Shown here: in pieces, positions 57,012-64,000 of the stretch | Layout: each line of letters begins with the position of its first letter | Numbering within the stretch: the first letter of the stretch is position 1 | Source: Ignavibacteriota bacterium | GTDB taxonomy: Bacteria > Bacteroidota > Ignavibacteria > UBA10030 > UBA6906 | Assembly (NCBI GenBank): GCA_003157485.1 | Contig: PMJQ01000121.1 | Location: 11,233 to 75,232, forward strand | Reading direction: 5' to 3' | DNA: 64,000 nucleotides | Notes under the pieces: model-generated | What the model was told of the DNA's origin: nothing | Databases searched by the model: none | The model's input: the letters and a program-made list of their open reading frames with translations, nothing else | Translations under genes and position numbers: made by a program

Positions 57012-58687
57012 AGAAGATGAGTGCACGGTGGAACATGGCGGGACGGGGAAAATGGCTTTTGCTGGCGGCGGCGTTCGGGGCGGTCCTTCTTTGCGGGGGC
57101 TTCATACTGCTCCCGGACACGGATCTCTATCTCAAGATCAACAAGAGCATCGACGTCTTCGGTCGCGTCTACAGGGAAATCACCGTCAACTACGTCGATG
57201 AGATCGATCCGGAAAAGTTCATGCAGGCAGGGATCGACGGCATGCTCGGGACGCTGGATCCGTATACCGTCTACATCGACAAGGAAGAGGGGGACGAGGT
57301 CGATCTTCTCACGACCGGGAAATACGGAGGGATCGGAGTGACGATCGGTGCGCGCGATGGCGCGCTCAAGGTCATCACCGTCATGGACGGATACTCGGCG
57401 CAGCGGGCGGGCATCATCCCCGGCGACAAGCTCATCGAAGTGGGGGGGGTGACGGTCGGGGCGAAAAAGCCCGACGAGGTCAGGAGTCTTACGCGCGGGG
57501 AACCCGGAACGGAAGTCAAGGTCGTCATAGAACGCGACGGCGTCAAGAAGCCGATGGAATTCGTCCTCATACGGGAAGAGATACAGGTCAAGAACGTCAC
57601 CTACTCCGGATTTGTGGGAGACGGCATCGGGTACATACGGCTCGAACGGTTCTCCCGAAGGGCGGGAGAGGAGGTGCGGCAGGCGATCACCGACATGAAG
57701 CTACAGGGGGAGATCAAGGGTGTCGTTCTGGACCTCCGGGGGAATCCCGGAGGGCTTCTTGACGCGGCGGTCGAAGTCGTGAGCAAATTTGTTCCGCGAG
57801 GCAGCCTCATTGTCACAACGAAAGGGCGGAAGCCCGAATCGGACAAGACCTATCTCTCCACGGAAGACCCTCTGCTCCCTTCGACGCCGCTCGTCGTGCT
57901 GACGGACCGCGGGAGCGCGAGCGCCAGCGAGATCGTCGCGGGGGCGCTGCAGGACCTCGACCGTGCGCTCATCGTCGGCACGCGGACGTTCGGCAAGGGG
58001 CTGGTCCAGACAATACTTCCGCTGAATTTCGGCGCGCAGCTCAAAATCACGACAGCCCGTTACTATATCCCGAGCGGCCGGAGCATTCAGGAAATCGACT
58101 ACAGGCACAGGGACAGGAACGGGATATTCGCCACCGTGCCCGACAGCCTGAGGCGGGAATTCAAAACCTCCCGCGGTCGGAAGGAATTCGAGTACGGGGG
58201 GATCACTCCGGATTCCGTCGTCACGGATGAAGACGAGGGGCCGATGGTCCGGGAAATCATGAAGCGGGCGCTCTTCTTCAAGTTTGCCAACAGCTACGTC
58301 GCGGAGCATAAGGGGGAGAACATTACCGGCGTCGACGGAACGATTCTCTCCGCATTCCGCGCATTTCTCGACAGGGAGAAGTTCGACTATCAGGAGGAGA
58401 TGGAAGGAAAAATAACCGATCTTCGACAGGTTGCCGAGCGGTCCCACTACACGAAAGACGTCTCCGAAACGCTCGACCGGCTCGAGCTCACGCTCCAGAA
58501 AGAAAAGACGCACGGATTTGAGCGTTACAGCGACCACATCACAAACGAGCTGAACATCGAGATCATGGCGCGGCTGAAAGGGGACCGCGGGAGGATCGAG
58601 GCATCGCTCAGGGAAGATCCTCCCCTTCTTGCGGGCGAAGGGCTGCTGAAGGAGAGGAAAACGTACACGAAGAAACTCGGGTTCTGA
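57008..58687 (+). CDS. S41-family C-terminal processing peptidase with PDZ domain
   Basis: N-terminal TM or signal, PDZ (GIIPGDKLIEVGG), catalytic Ser region GSASASEIVAGALQD, and TFGKGLVQ. Confidence 0.88.
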   Translation: MKKMSARWNMAGRGKWLLLAAAFGAVLLCGGFILLPDTDLYLKINKSIDVFGRVYREITVNYVDEIDPEKFMQAGIDGMLGTLDPYTVYIDKEEGDEVDLLTTGKYGGIGVTIGARDGALKVITVMDGYSAQRAGIIPGDKLIEVGGVTVGAKKPDEVRSLTRGEPGTEVKVVIERDGVKKPMEFVLIREEIQVKNVTYSGFVGDGIGYIRLERFSRRAGEEVRQAITDMKLQGEIKGVVLDLRGNPGGLLDAAVEVVSKFVPRGSLIVTTKGRKPESDKTYLSTEDPLLPSTPLVVLTDRGSASASEIVAGALQDLDRALIVGTRTFGKGLVQTILPLNFGAQLKITTARYYIPSGRSIQEIDYRHRDRNGIFATVPDSLRREFKTSRGRKEFEYGGITPDSVVTDEDEGPMVREIMKRALFFKFANSYVAEHKGENITGVDGTILSAFRAFLDREKFDYQEEMEGKITDLRQVAERSHYTKDVSETLDRLELTLQKEKTHGFERYSDHITNELNIEIMARLKGDRGRIEASLREDPPLLAGEGLLKERKTYTKKLGF

Positions 58688-59490
58688 TGGAGATACTGAC
58701 CGCCGTTCTCCTTGTTCTCGCGGGGCTGACTGAGGGGCTTCTCGCAGGCGTGTTCGATGCGGGAGGGGGGATCGTGCTTGTCCCGGTCCTCCTCTATTAT
58801 CTTCATTCCATCGGGGTCTCGTCGCTGGTCTCGACGCACGTCGCGATGGGAACAAGCCTCCTTGTCCTGGCATTCGCATCGGCGTTCCGCACGTGGAGAG
58901 AATGGCGGGCAAGTCACGTGATCTGGCAGGGGGCGTTCTACGTGATTGCGGGGGGCATACCGGGGGCCATTGTCGGGGTGAGCATTGCTGCGGGGCTTGA
59001 GGGCCCCTCCCTCAGGGCGATATTCGGATTTGTGCTTCTTGTCGCCGCGGTGCGCCTCTTCTCCGGGAAGAGGAAGCAGGGGAAGGAACTCGAGCCCCGG
59101 GTTGCGCTGCGGCCGCTCGGCGGAATCGGGATCGCTGTCGGACTCGTCTCCTCACTGTCCGGGATCGGCGGGACACTCCTGGCGGTGCCGCTCATGTCGA
59201 AATCCCTTCACTTCCCGCTGAGAAAAGCGATAGGAACTGCAAACGCGGCCGTTGTTTTCACCGCGGCGGCGGGCGCAATGATGTATCTCATCAGGGGTTG
59301 GGGGAACGTGTTACTTCCCGCGGAGATATCCGGGTTCATCGACTGGCGGCCGGCCATCCCGCTTCTCATGGGGGCGGTTCCGGGAGGAATGATAGGAACG
59401 CGCATGGGGGCAAAGGTAGACGTCGCCTCCGTGCGGAACGCCGTCGGCGTTCTCCTCCTTGTTGTCATGCTACGGATGTTCTTCCTCTGA
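58687..59490 (+). CDS. TauE/SafE-family anion exporter (membrane protein)
   Basis: About 8 TM helices with the duplicated G-rich pattern typical of TauE/SafE. TGATG overlap with the upstream stop. Confidence 0.8.
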   Translation: MEILTAVLLVLAGLTEGLLAGVFDAGGGIVLVPVLLYYLHSIGVSSLVSTHVAMGTSLLVLAFASAFRTWREWRASHVIWQGAFYVIAGGIPGAIVGVSIAAGLEGPSLRAIFGFVLLVAAVRLFSGKRKQGKELEPRVALRPLGGIGIAVGLVSSLSGIGGTLLAVPLMSKSLHFPLRKAIGTANAAVVFTAAAGAMMYLIRGWGNVLLPAEISGFIDWRPAIPLLMGAVPGGMIGTRMGAKVDVASVRNAVGVLLLVVMLRMFFL

Positions 59491-59517
59491 AGGGGGTGAG
59501 GGCTTCCTGTCCACCCC

Positions 59518-60225
59518 TCATTTCACGCTCTTCATCCCGAGCGTCCTTCCGATCGTTCCGACAACCTTCTCCAGATCTTCCTTCCTGTTCACAAAGTCCA
59601 CGGCATCGGACTCGATGACGAGAAGAGGTCCTCTTTTATACCGGTCGATCCACGATTCGTAGTGCCGGTTAAGCTGCTCGAGGTATTCTCTCCGGATCGT
59701 CTGTTCGAAGTCCCTCCCCCGGAGTGCAATCTGCCTGACGAGCGTATCCACGTTGGCGCGCAGGTAAATCAGGAGATCGGGAGGGCGCAGGTAGGCGGTC
59801 ATCACCTCATAGAGAGCAACGTAATTCTCGTAATCCCGTTTTTCCATATTCCCGATATCGAAGAGATTGCGGGCGAAGATCTCCGCGTCTTCGTAGATGG
59901 CCCTGTCCAGTATTACGGATTCGGGCCCTTCCGTGATTGCCTTGTGGCTTCTGAACCTGTTTGAAAGGAAATAAACCTGGAGGTTGAACGACCATCGCTT
60001 CATATCGGCGTAGAAATCGGTCAGGTAGGGATTGTCTTCCACCGACTCGAAATAGGGTTTCCAGCCGAACCGTGTGCTGAGAATTCCCGTAAGCGAAGAC
60101 TTCCCCGATCCTATATTGCCGGCAACGGCGATGAAGTATTTCTTTCCGCCGGGTCCCACACCCGCCCTGCGCCGGGCGGCGGTGCGCTGCGGGCGCGCGC
60201 GGTGTGCACGCGTTGTTTTTTTCAT
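59518..60225 (-). CDS. Deoxynucleoside kinase (dCK/dGK family) with an Arg-rich N-terminal extension
   Basis: P-loop AGNIGSGKSSL, ERS/DRAIYED-type motif, LRGRDFE. 4-nt overlap with the upstream btuF-like gene. Confidence 0.85.
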   Translation of the reverse strand: MKKTTRAHRARPQRTAARRRAGVGPGGKKYFIAVAGNIGSGKSSLTGILSTRFGWKPYFESVEDNPYLTDFYADMKRWSFNLQVYFLSNRFRSHKAITEGPESVILDRAIYEDAEIFARNLFDIGNMEKRDYENYVALYEVMTAYLRPPDLLIYLRANVDTLVRQIALRGRDFEQTIRREYLEQLNRHYESWIDRYKRGPLLVIESDAVDFVNRKEDLEKVVGTIGRTLGMKSVK

Positions 60226-61106
60226 TGCGATGAGTGGAGGAGGTGGAAGAGCTTTTCCAGAGCGTCAAGAGCCCGGGGACCCGGCCGGGAAACAAGGTCT
60301 GCGTCGATGGGGAACACGCGCCCGTTCCGGACGGCGTCGACGGTTCCCCATTCCGGAAACATCCCCTGCAGCGTGGGCCCGGAGGGGAGAATCTCGGACG
60401 TCGCGATGATCACCTGCGGGTCCTCCGCGATCACATTCTCGCGGCTGTACGACGGGTATGTTCCGCGCGTGCGGGAAGCGAGATTTGTTCCGCCGGCAGC
60501 ATGCAGGAGCCCGTCGATAAATGTGTTGCTCCCCGCGCATATCAGGGGTTGCAGCGACACAAAAAGGAGGGCCCGTACCGGAGGTTTCCCCGCGGCGGCA
60601 GTCCGGACGGCGCGTTCCCGCGCTTCGAGCCGTGCGACAAGGTGCGAAGCGCTGTCCTCCGTTCCTGCAAGCGTTCCCAGAAGCCGGAGAGAATGGTAAA
60701 TGCCTTCCAGTGTGCGGGGGTTGCTCGCGAACATCGGGATGCCGAACGACCTTAGCCGCTGAAAGTCTTCCCGGACGTTCCCCTCCATGCTCAGGACGAC
60801 GAGATCCGGATCAAGCCCGACGACAGTCTCGATGCTCGGGTTAATCATCCCGCCGACGCGCTTCTTCTGCGCGGCCTCCGGAGGATAGTTGCAGAAATCC
60901 GTCACGCCCTGTATCCGATCCCCGGCCCCTACGGCAAACAGGCACTCCGTGATGCTTGGCGCGAGAGAGACGATCCGCCGCGCCGGGCGGGCGAGTGTCA
61001 CCGTCCGCTGGAGGTCATCCACGACGCTGATCTGGGCGTGGAGTCCGGCGTAAAGAAACAGAATCGGGGCAAACGCAATAACGAGAGGGACCCTGCAGTG
61101 ACGCAT
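60222..61106 (-). CDS. Periplasmic substrate-binding protein, BtuF/cobalamin-siderophore (class III SBP) family
   Basis: Signal peptide. RIVSLAPSITECLFAVGAGDRIQGVTDFCNYP is typical of BtuF-like proteins. Confidence 0.75.
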   Translation of the reverse strand: MRHCRVPLVIAFAPILFLYAGLHAQISVVDDLQRTVTLARPARRIVSLAPSITECLFAVGAGDRIQGVTDFCNYPPEAAQKKRVGGMINPSIETVVGLDPDLVVLSMEGNVREDFQRLRSFGIPMFASNPRTLEGIYHSLRLLGTLAGTEDSASHLVARLEARERAVRTAAAGKPPVRALLFVSLQPLICAGSNTFIDGLLHAAGGTNLASRTRGTYPSYSRENVIAEDPQVIIATSEILPSGPTLQGMFPEWGTVDAVRNGRVFPIDADLVSRPGPRALDALEKLFHLLHSSQ

Positions 61107-61111
61107 GGGCC

Positions 61112-61140
61112 AATATAGTGCCGGCGTCTTCCAGAATCAA
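61112..61140 (-). promoter_or_regulatory. Putative sigma70-type promoter TTGATT-N17-TATATT, 5 nt before ATG 61106 (leaderless btuF-like/dNK operon)
   Basis: Minus strand cTTGATTctggaagacgccggcacTATATTggcccATG. Confidence 0.55.
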
Positions 61141-61147
61141 GGATGGG

Positions 61148-61210
61148 CAATGAGCGCGTCGCGTGGGCCGGCGAGCGCTCATTGACTTTCCCGCGTTTTT
61201 TGCGCTCATT
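61148..61210. repeat. Three copies of the 9-10-mer AATGAGCGC/GCGCTCATT: a 14-bp-stem inverted repeat plus a third direct copy
   Basis: CAATGAGCGC 61148..61157 pairs with GCGCTCATTG 61175..61184, and the inner TCGC/GCGA also pair. GCGCTCATT recurs at 61202..61210 after a T6 run. Confidence 0.85.
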
Positions 61211-61241
61211 CGTCCTTCCACTACTGCGCACCAGAAGAGAC

Positions 61242-62504
61242 GTGGACAAGTTCGTCATACAGGGGGGCAAGCGCCTTGGCGGAACGGTCTCCGTAAGCGG
61301 CGCGAAGAACGCGACGCTTGCCCTGATGCCTGCCGCCATACTAGCCCCCGGAACCTCCCGACTGGGCAACACGCCCGCCCTCCGCGACGTCACGACAATG
61401 ACGAGCCTCCTGCGAACGATGGGAATGCAGATCGACTTCAGGGAGAATCTCCTGACGCTCGACAGCACGAACGTTGACAGGTACGAAGCTCCGTACGAAC
61501 ATGTCAAGAAGATGCGCGCGTCGATCTATGTGTTGGGCCCGCTCATCAGCAGGTACGGAAGGGCAAAAGTCTCCCTCCCCGGGGGATGTGCATGGGGTCC
61601 CCGTCCCGTCAACCTTCACATCGAAGGGCTCCGCAAACTCGGTGCGGACATCGAGCTGGAAGGGGGATACATCATCGCGAAAGCGGACCGCCTTCACGGA
61701 GCGCGCATTCACTTTGACGTGTCGAGCGTGGGGGCGACCGGAAACGTGATGATGGCGGCGTCGCTGGCGAGAGGGACGACGCTCATCGAGAACGCGGCGA
61801 TGGAGCCGGAGATCACCGCGCTGGCGGAGTTCCTGAACGCCATGGGTGCGCGGATCGGAGGGATGGGAACGAACCGCCTGGAGATAGAGGGGGTGGACCT
61901 CCTTCACCCCGCCGCCATCATGACGATACCGGACCGAATCGAAGCCGGGACATTTCTTCTCGCCGCGGCGATCACCGGGGGGAGCGTGACGCTCGAACGG
62001 GTAAACCCGGAGCACCTTTCCGCACTCACCGCCAAGCTCGAAGACGCAGGGTGCACTCTCCGCAGCAGCCCTGATTCCCTCTCTCTCACCGCGCATGCCC
62101 CCCTCCGGTCCGTCGACGTGACCGCCGCAATTTACCCCGGGTTTCCCACGGACATGCAAGCGCAATGGACCTCCCTCATGGCGGTTGCCTCAGGCACGGC
62201 CGTTGTCACCGATTCGATCTATTTCGACAGGTTCAAGCATGTCCCGGAACTCGTCCGCCTCGGGGCCGACATCGAACTGAAAGAGAACGCAGCGGTGATC
62301 CGGGGGGTCACCCGGCTCACGGGCGCGAAGGTGATGTCCACGGATCTCCGCGCGTCCGCTTCCCTGATACTCGCCGGTCTCGTCGCGTCCGGAACCACCG
62401 AAGTGCTTCGCGTCTATCACATTGACAGGGGATACGAGGCCATAGAAAAGAAACTGCAATCCCTGGGGGCGGAAATACGCCGCGAAGCCGGGGAGGAATT
62501 CTGA
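61242..62504 (+). CDS. murA: UDP-N-acetylglucosamine 1-carboxyvinyltransferase
   Basis: Start trimmed to GTG 61242 ([24 protein letters not shown]). Catalytic Cys loop [15 protein letters not shown]. Confidence 0.94.
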   Translation: MDKFVIQGGKRLGGTVSVSGAKNATLALMPAAILAPGTSRLGNTPALRDVTTMTSLLRTMGMQIDFRENLLTLDSTNVDRYEAPYEHVKKMRASIYVLGPLISRYGRAKVSLPGGCAWGPRPVNLHIEGLRKLGADIELEGGYIIAKADRLHGARIHFDVSSVGATGNVMMAASLARGTTLIENAAMEPEITALAEFLNAMGARIGGMGTNRLEIEGVDLLHPAAIMTIPDRIEAGTFLLAAAITGGSVTLERVNPEHLSALTAKLEDAGCTLRSSPDSLSLTAHAPLRSVDVTAAIYPGFPTDMQAQWTSLMAVASGTAVVTDSIYFDRFKHVPELVRLGADIELKENAAVIRGVTRLTGAKVMSTDLRASASLILAGLVASGTTEVLRVYHIDRGYEAIEKKLQSLGAEIRREAGEEF

Positions 62505-62556
62505 ACCTCCGGGAGAACATCCCGGGCGCGCGGCGCACAACCCCTCACGGCGGCAG

Positions 62557-64000
62557 ATGCACACGGTGAATATCCGCGCGCTCCTCCGCGCGCCTGCTGT
62601 CCGGTCCGCCGCCGTACTGTACGGCTCCGTCGCATTTCTCTGCACGCGCGTCCCCCTCCTGGATTATCTCGGATACGAATTCTCCGCGCTGTTTGCCTTT
62701 ATTGCGGCATGTGCCTCGGGTCTCCTCACGATCCGGCCGGTGAAGGAATCTCTCGGAGAACCGGGGGAAACGCCGCTGCCGCGCAGGGCGGCCCGGGCGG
62801 CTGGCGCCTGTGCGGCGGTGAGCCTCCTCCTCCTGGCGATCCCGCTGGTGATCATCTCCGGGAATGCCCTGTTTGTCCGGAACTGCTCCATGGTGGAGGG
62901 TCTCGCGTTCTTCACGCTTCTCGCTCCGGTGAGCGCGCTCTTCGGCGTCTCGCTCGGATTCTTCTGCGCTGTCACCTTTGTGCACCCCCGCAGGCTCTTT
63001 GTCCTCTCGTGTTTCCTTCTCCTTCTCTACAGCGCGGGGCTGGGGTATTTCACCCCCGCAGTCTATTCGTACAACTTTCTCTACGGATATTTTCCCGGGC
63101 TGACGTACGACGAGGTCATTCCCCTGTCGCGGACGCTCGTGCTCTTCCGGCTTCTGACCCTTTTTGTCTCGGCGGTTCTTCTCTGGATGGGAATGATCAC
63201 CGTCACGGACCTGATCCCGGCGGCTGCGCCCGGTCGGGGGAGGCTCCGCACACTTGTCGCGGGGCTCGTCTCGGGAGAGCGCAGAATCCGGAGCGCGGCC
63301 ATCGCCTGCGCCCTCGCGGGATTTTATCTCTTCCGCTGCGATCTGGGGTTCGAATCGACCGCCTCGTACATCAGGCGGACGCTCGGCGCCGAGATGCGGA
63401 CGGAACACTTCATTCTCTACTATTCCCCCGCGTCGTTCACCGCCGACGAGATCCAGCAGGCGGCGCGGGAGCACGAATTCAGGCTCGGGCAGGTCCTCGA
63501 CGCGTTCTCGCTCCCCCGGGGGGTATTCTTCGAGTCGTATATTTATCCTTCAGCCGAGGTCAAGCAGCGGCTGATCGGTGCCGGCAACACCGATATCGCA
63601 AAGCCGTGGAGCGGACAGATCCATATCTCCCGGCAATCCCTCGAAGGTTCGCTCAAGCACGAACTCGTCCATGCCGCTGCGGCCCCGTTCGGTATCCCCG
63701 TCATACGGGCGAGTCTCAGCACGGGGCTTGTCGAAGGGCTTGCCATGGCTGTCGACGGCGAGTGGGGGAACCGAACGGTTCATGAATACGCAGCGGCGAT
63801 CCGCGAGGCGGGGATTGCTCCCCCCATAGAGGGCATCATGAGCTTCTGGGGATTCGCCTCGCATCAATCCTCCGTGAGCTACGTGCTGGCAGGATCGTTT
63901 TGCAGGTACCTCATCGACAGGTACGGCATGAGAAACCTCACGCTCGTGTACCGGTCGCTCGACTTCATGGGGGTCTACGGCCGCTCCCTGCCGGAGCTCG
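62557..64000 (+). CDS. Polytopic membrane protein with a C-terminal HExxH (MA-clan peptidase-like) domain. 3' end is beyond the window.
   Basis: Not in the supplied ORF track because it has no stop in the window. My manual translation from ATG 62557 stays open to nt 63999 (MHTVNIRALL..., about 7 hydrophobic helices). It contains KHELVHAAA (63658..63672) and a downstream GLVEGLAMAV, which resembles the HExxH...EGxA pattern of Peptidase_MA-like domains. Confidence 0.6.
   Translation, partial: MHTVNIRALLRAPAVRSAAVLYGSVAFLCTRVPLLDYLGYEFSALFAFIAACASGLLTIRPVKESLGEPGETPLPRRAARAAGACAAVSLLLLAIPLVIISGNALFVRNCSMVEGLAFFTLLAPVSALFGVSLGFFCAVTFVHPRRLFVLSCFLLLLYSAGLGYFTPAVYSYNFLYGYFPGLTYDEVIPLSRTLVLFRLLTLFVSAVLLWMGMITVTDLIPAAAPGRGRLRTLVAGLVSGERRIRSAAIACALAGFYLFRCDLGFESTASYIRRTLGAEMRTEHFILYYSPASFTADEIQQAAREHEFRLGQVLDAFSLPRGVFFESYIYPSAEVKQRLIGAGNTDIAKPWSGQIHISRQSLEGSLKHELVHAAAAPFGIPVIRASLSTGLVEGLAMAVDGEWGNRTVHEYAAAIREAGIAPPIEGIMSFWGFASHQSSVSYVLAGSFCRYLIDRYGMRNLTLVYRSLDFMGVYGRSLPEL

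Noticed and set aside
61143-61241. 33-codon N-terminal extension of murA from ATG 61143
   Set aside because: MurA proteins start at (M/V)DKF..GG..L.G, and GTG 61242 gives that N-terminus. The extension covers the inverted-repeat element and would be atypical.
61107-61241. Cobalamin riboswitch upstream of the btuF-like gene
   Set aside because: The promoter -10 lies 5 nt from the ATG, so there is essentially no 5' UTR. The 135-nt gap is too short, and I see no B12-box-like GCCACUG core on the minus strand.
62545-63785. Listed ORFs 62709..63785 (+) and 62545..63474 (-)
   Set aside because: Both are Arg/Gly/Pro-rich. They overlap a third frame, not listed because it is open-ended, which encodes a coherent multi-TM plus HExxH protein.
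1-64000. CRISPR arrays, tRNA/rRNA genes, transposases, integrases, phage genes, toxin-antitoxin or known defence genes
   Set aside because: I looked in all intergenic gaps and among the hypothetical ORFs. No direct-repeat arrays, cloverleaf-like sequences or recombinase/nuclease motifs were recognised. The window appears to be core genome.

Overview
GC-rich, very densely packed core-genome window from a diderm bacterium. There is almost no non-coding DNA. The gene content looks FCB-superphylum-like (PorV/PorQ-like OMP, DUF4159, DUF2851, many TPR, OMP and lipoprotein genes), but the promoters I can read are the canonical TTGACA/TATAAT type. The left quarter is a complete dcw division/cell-wall cluster: ftsI-murE-murF-mraY-murD-ftsW-murG-[small 2-TM gene]-murC-ftsQ-ftsA-ftsZ. 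It is followed by an uncharacterised envelope unit (DUF4159, a 1128-aa DUF4175-like coiled-coil membrane protein, an M14 peptidase), then an ECF sigma/anti-sigma pair, lon, dnaX, a PorV-like OMP and dxr-rseP. Next come an exported triad (TPR, GATase1-like, OMP) and a long minus-strand operon (TPR, larE-like, thioesterase, TolB-like, pyrF, DUF2851). A block with Firmicutes-like order follows (yggS-divIVA-punA-ileS-dksA/ylyA-like-lspA-rluD). The remainder holds rlmN, adk, a GDPD gene, a TPR-CHAT protein, a sigma plus toast-rack pair, tmk, an S41 peptidase, tauE, a dNK plus btuF-like operon and murA. The last gene is an ORF missing from the supplied track: a polytopic membrane protein with an HExxH domain that runs off the 3' end. 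I saw no rRNA, tRNA, CRISPR, transposase, integrase, prophage or recognisable defence genes. I cannot point to an unambiguous novel system. The best candidates are the post-ftsZ DUF4159/DUF4175-like/M14 unit, an apparently catalytically dead TPR-CHAT protein, a small membrane gene inside the dcw operon, a recurring leaderless-promoter architecture, and two GC-rich inverted-repeat elements in divergent promoter regions. All family assignments come from motif recognition by eye and need HMM or structure confirmation.
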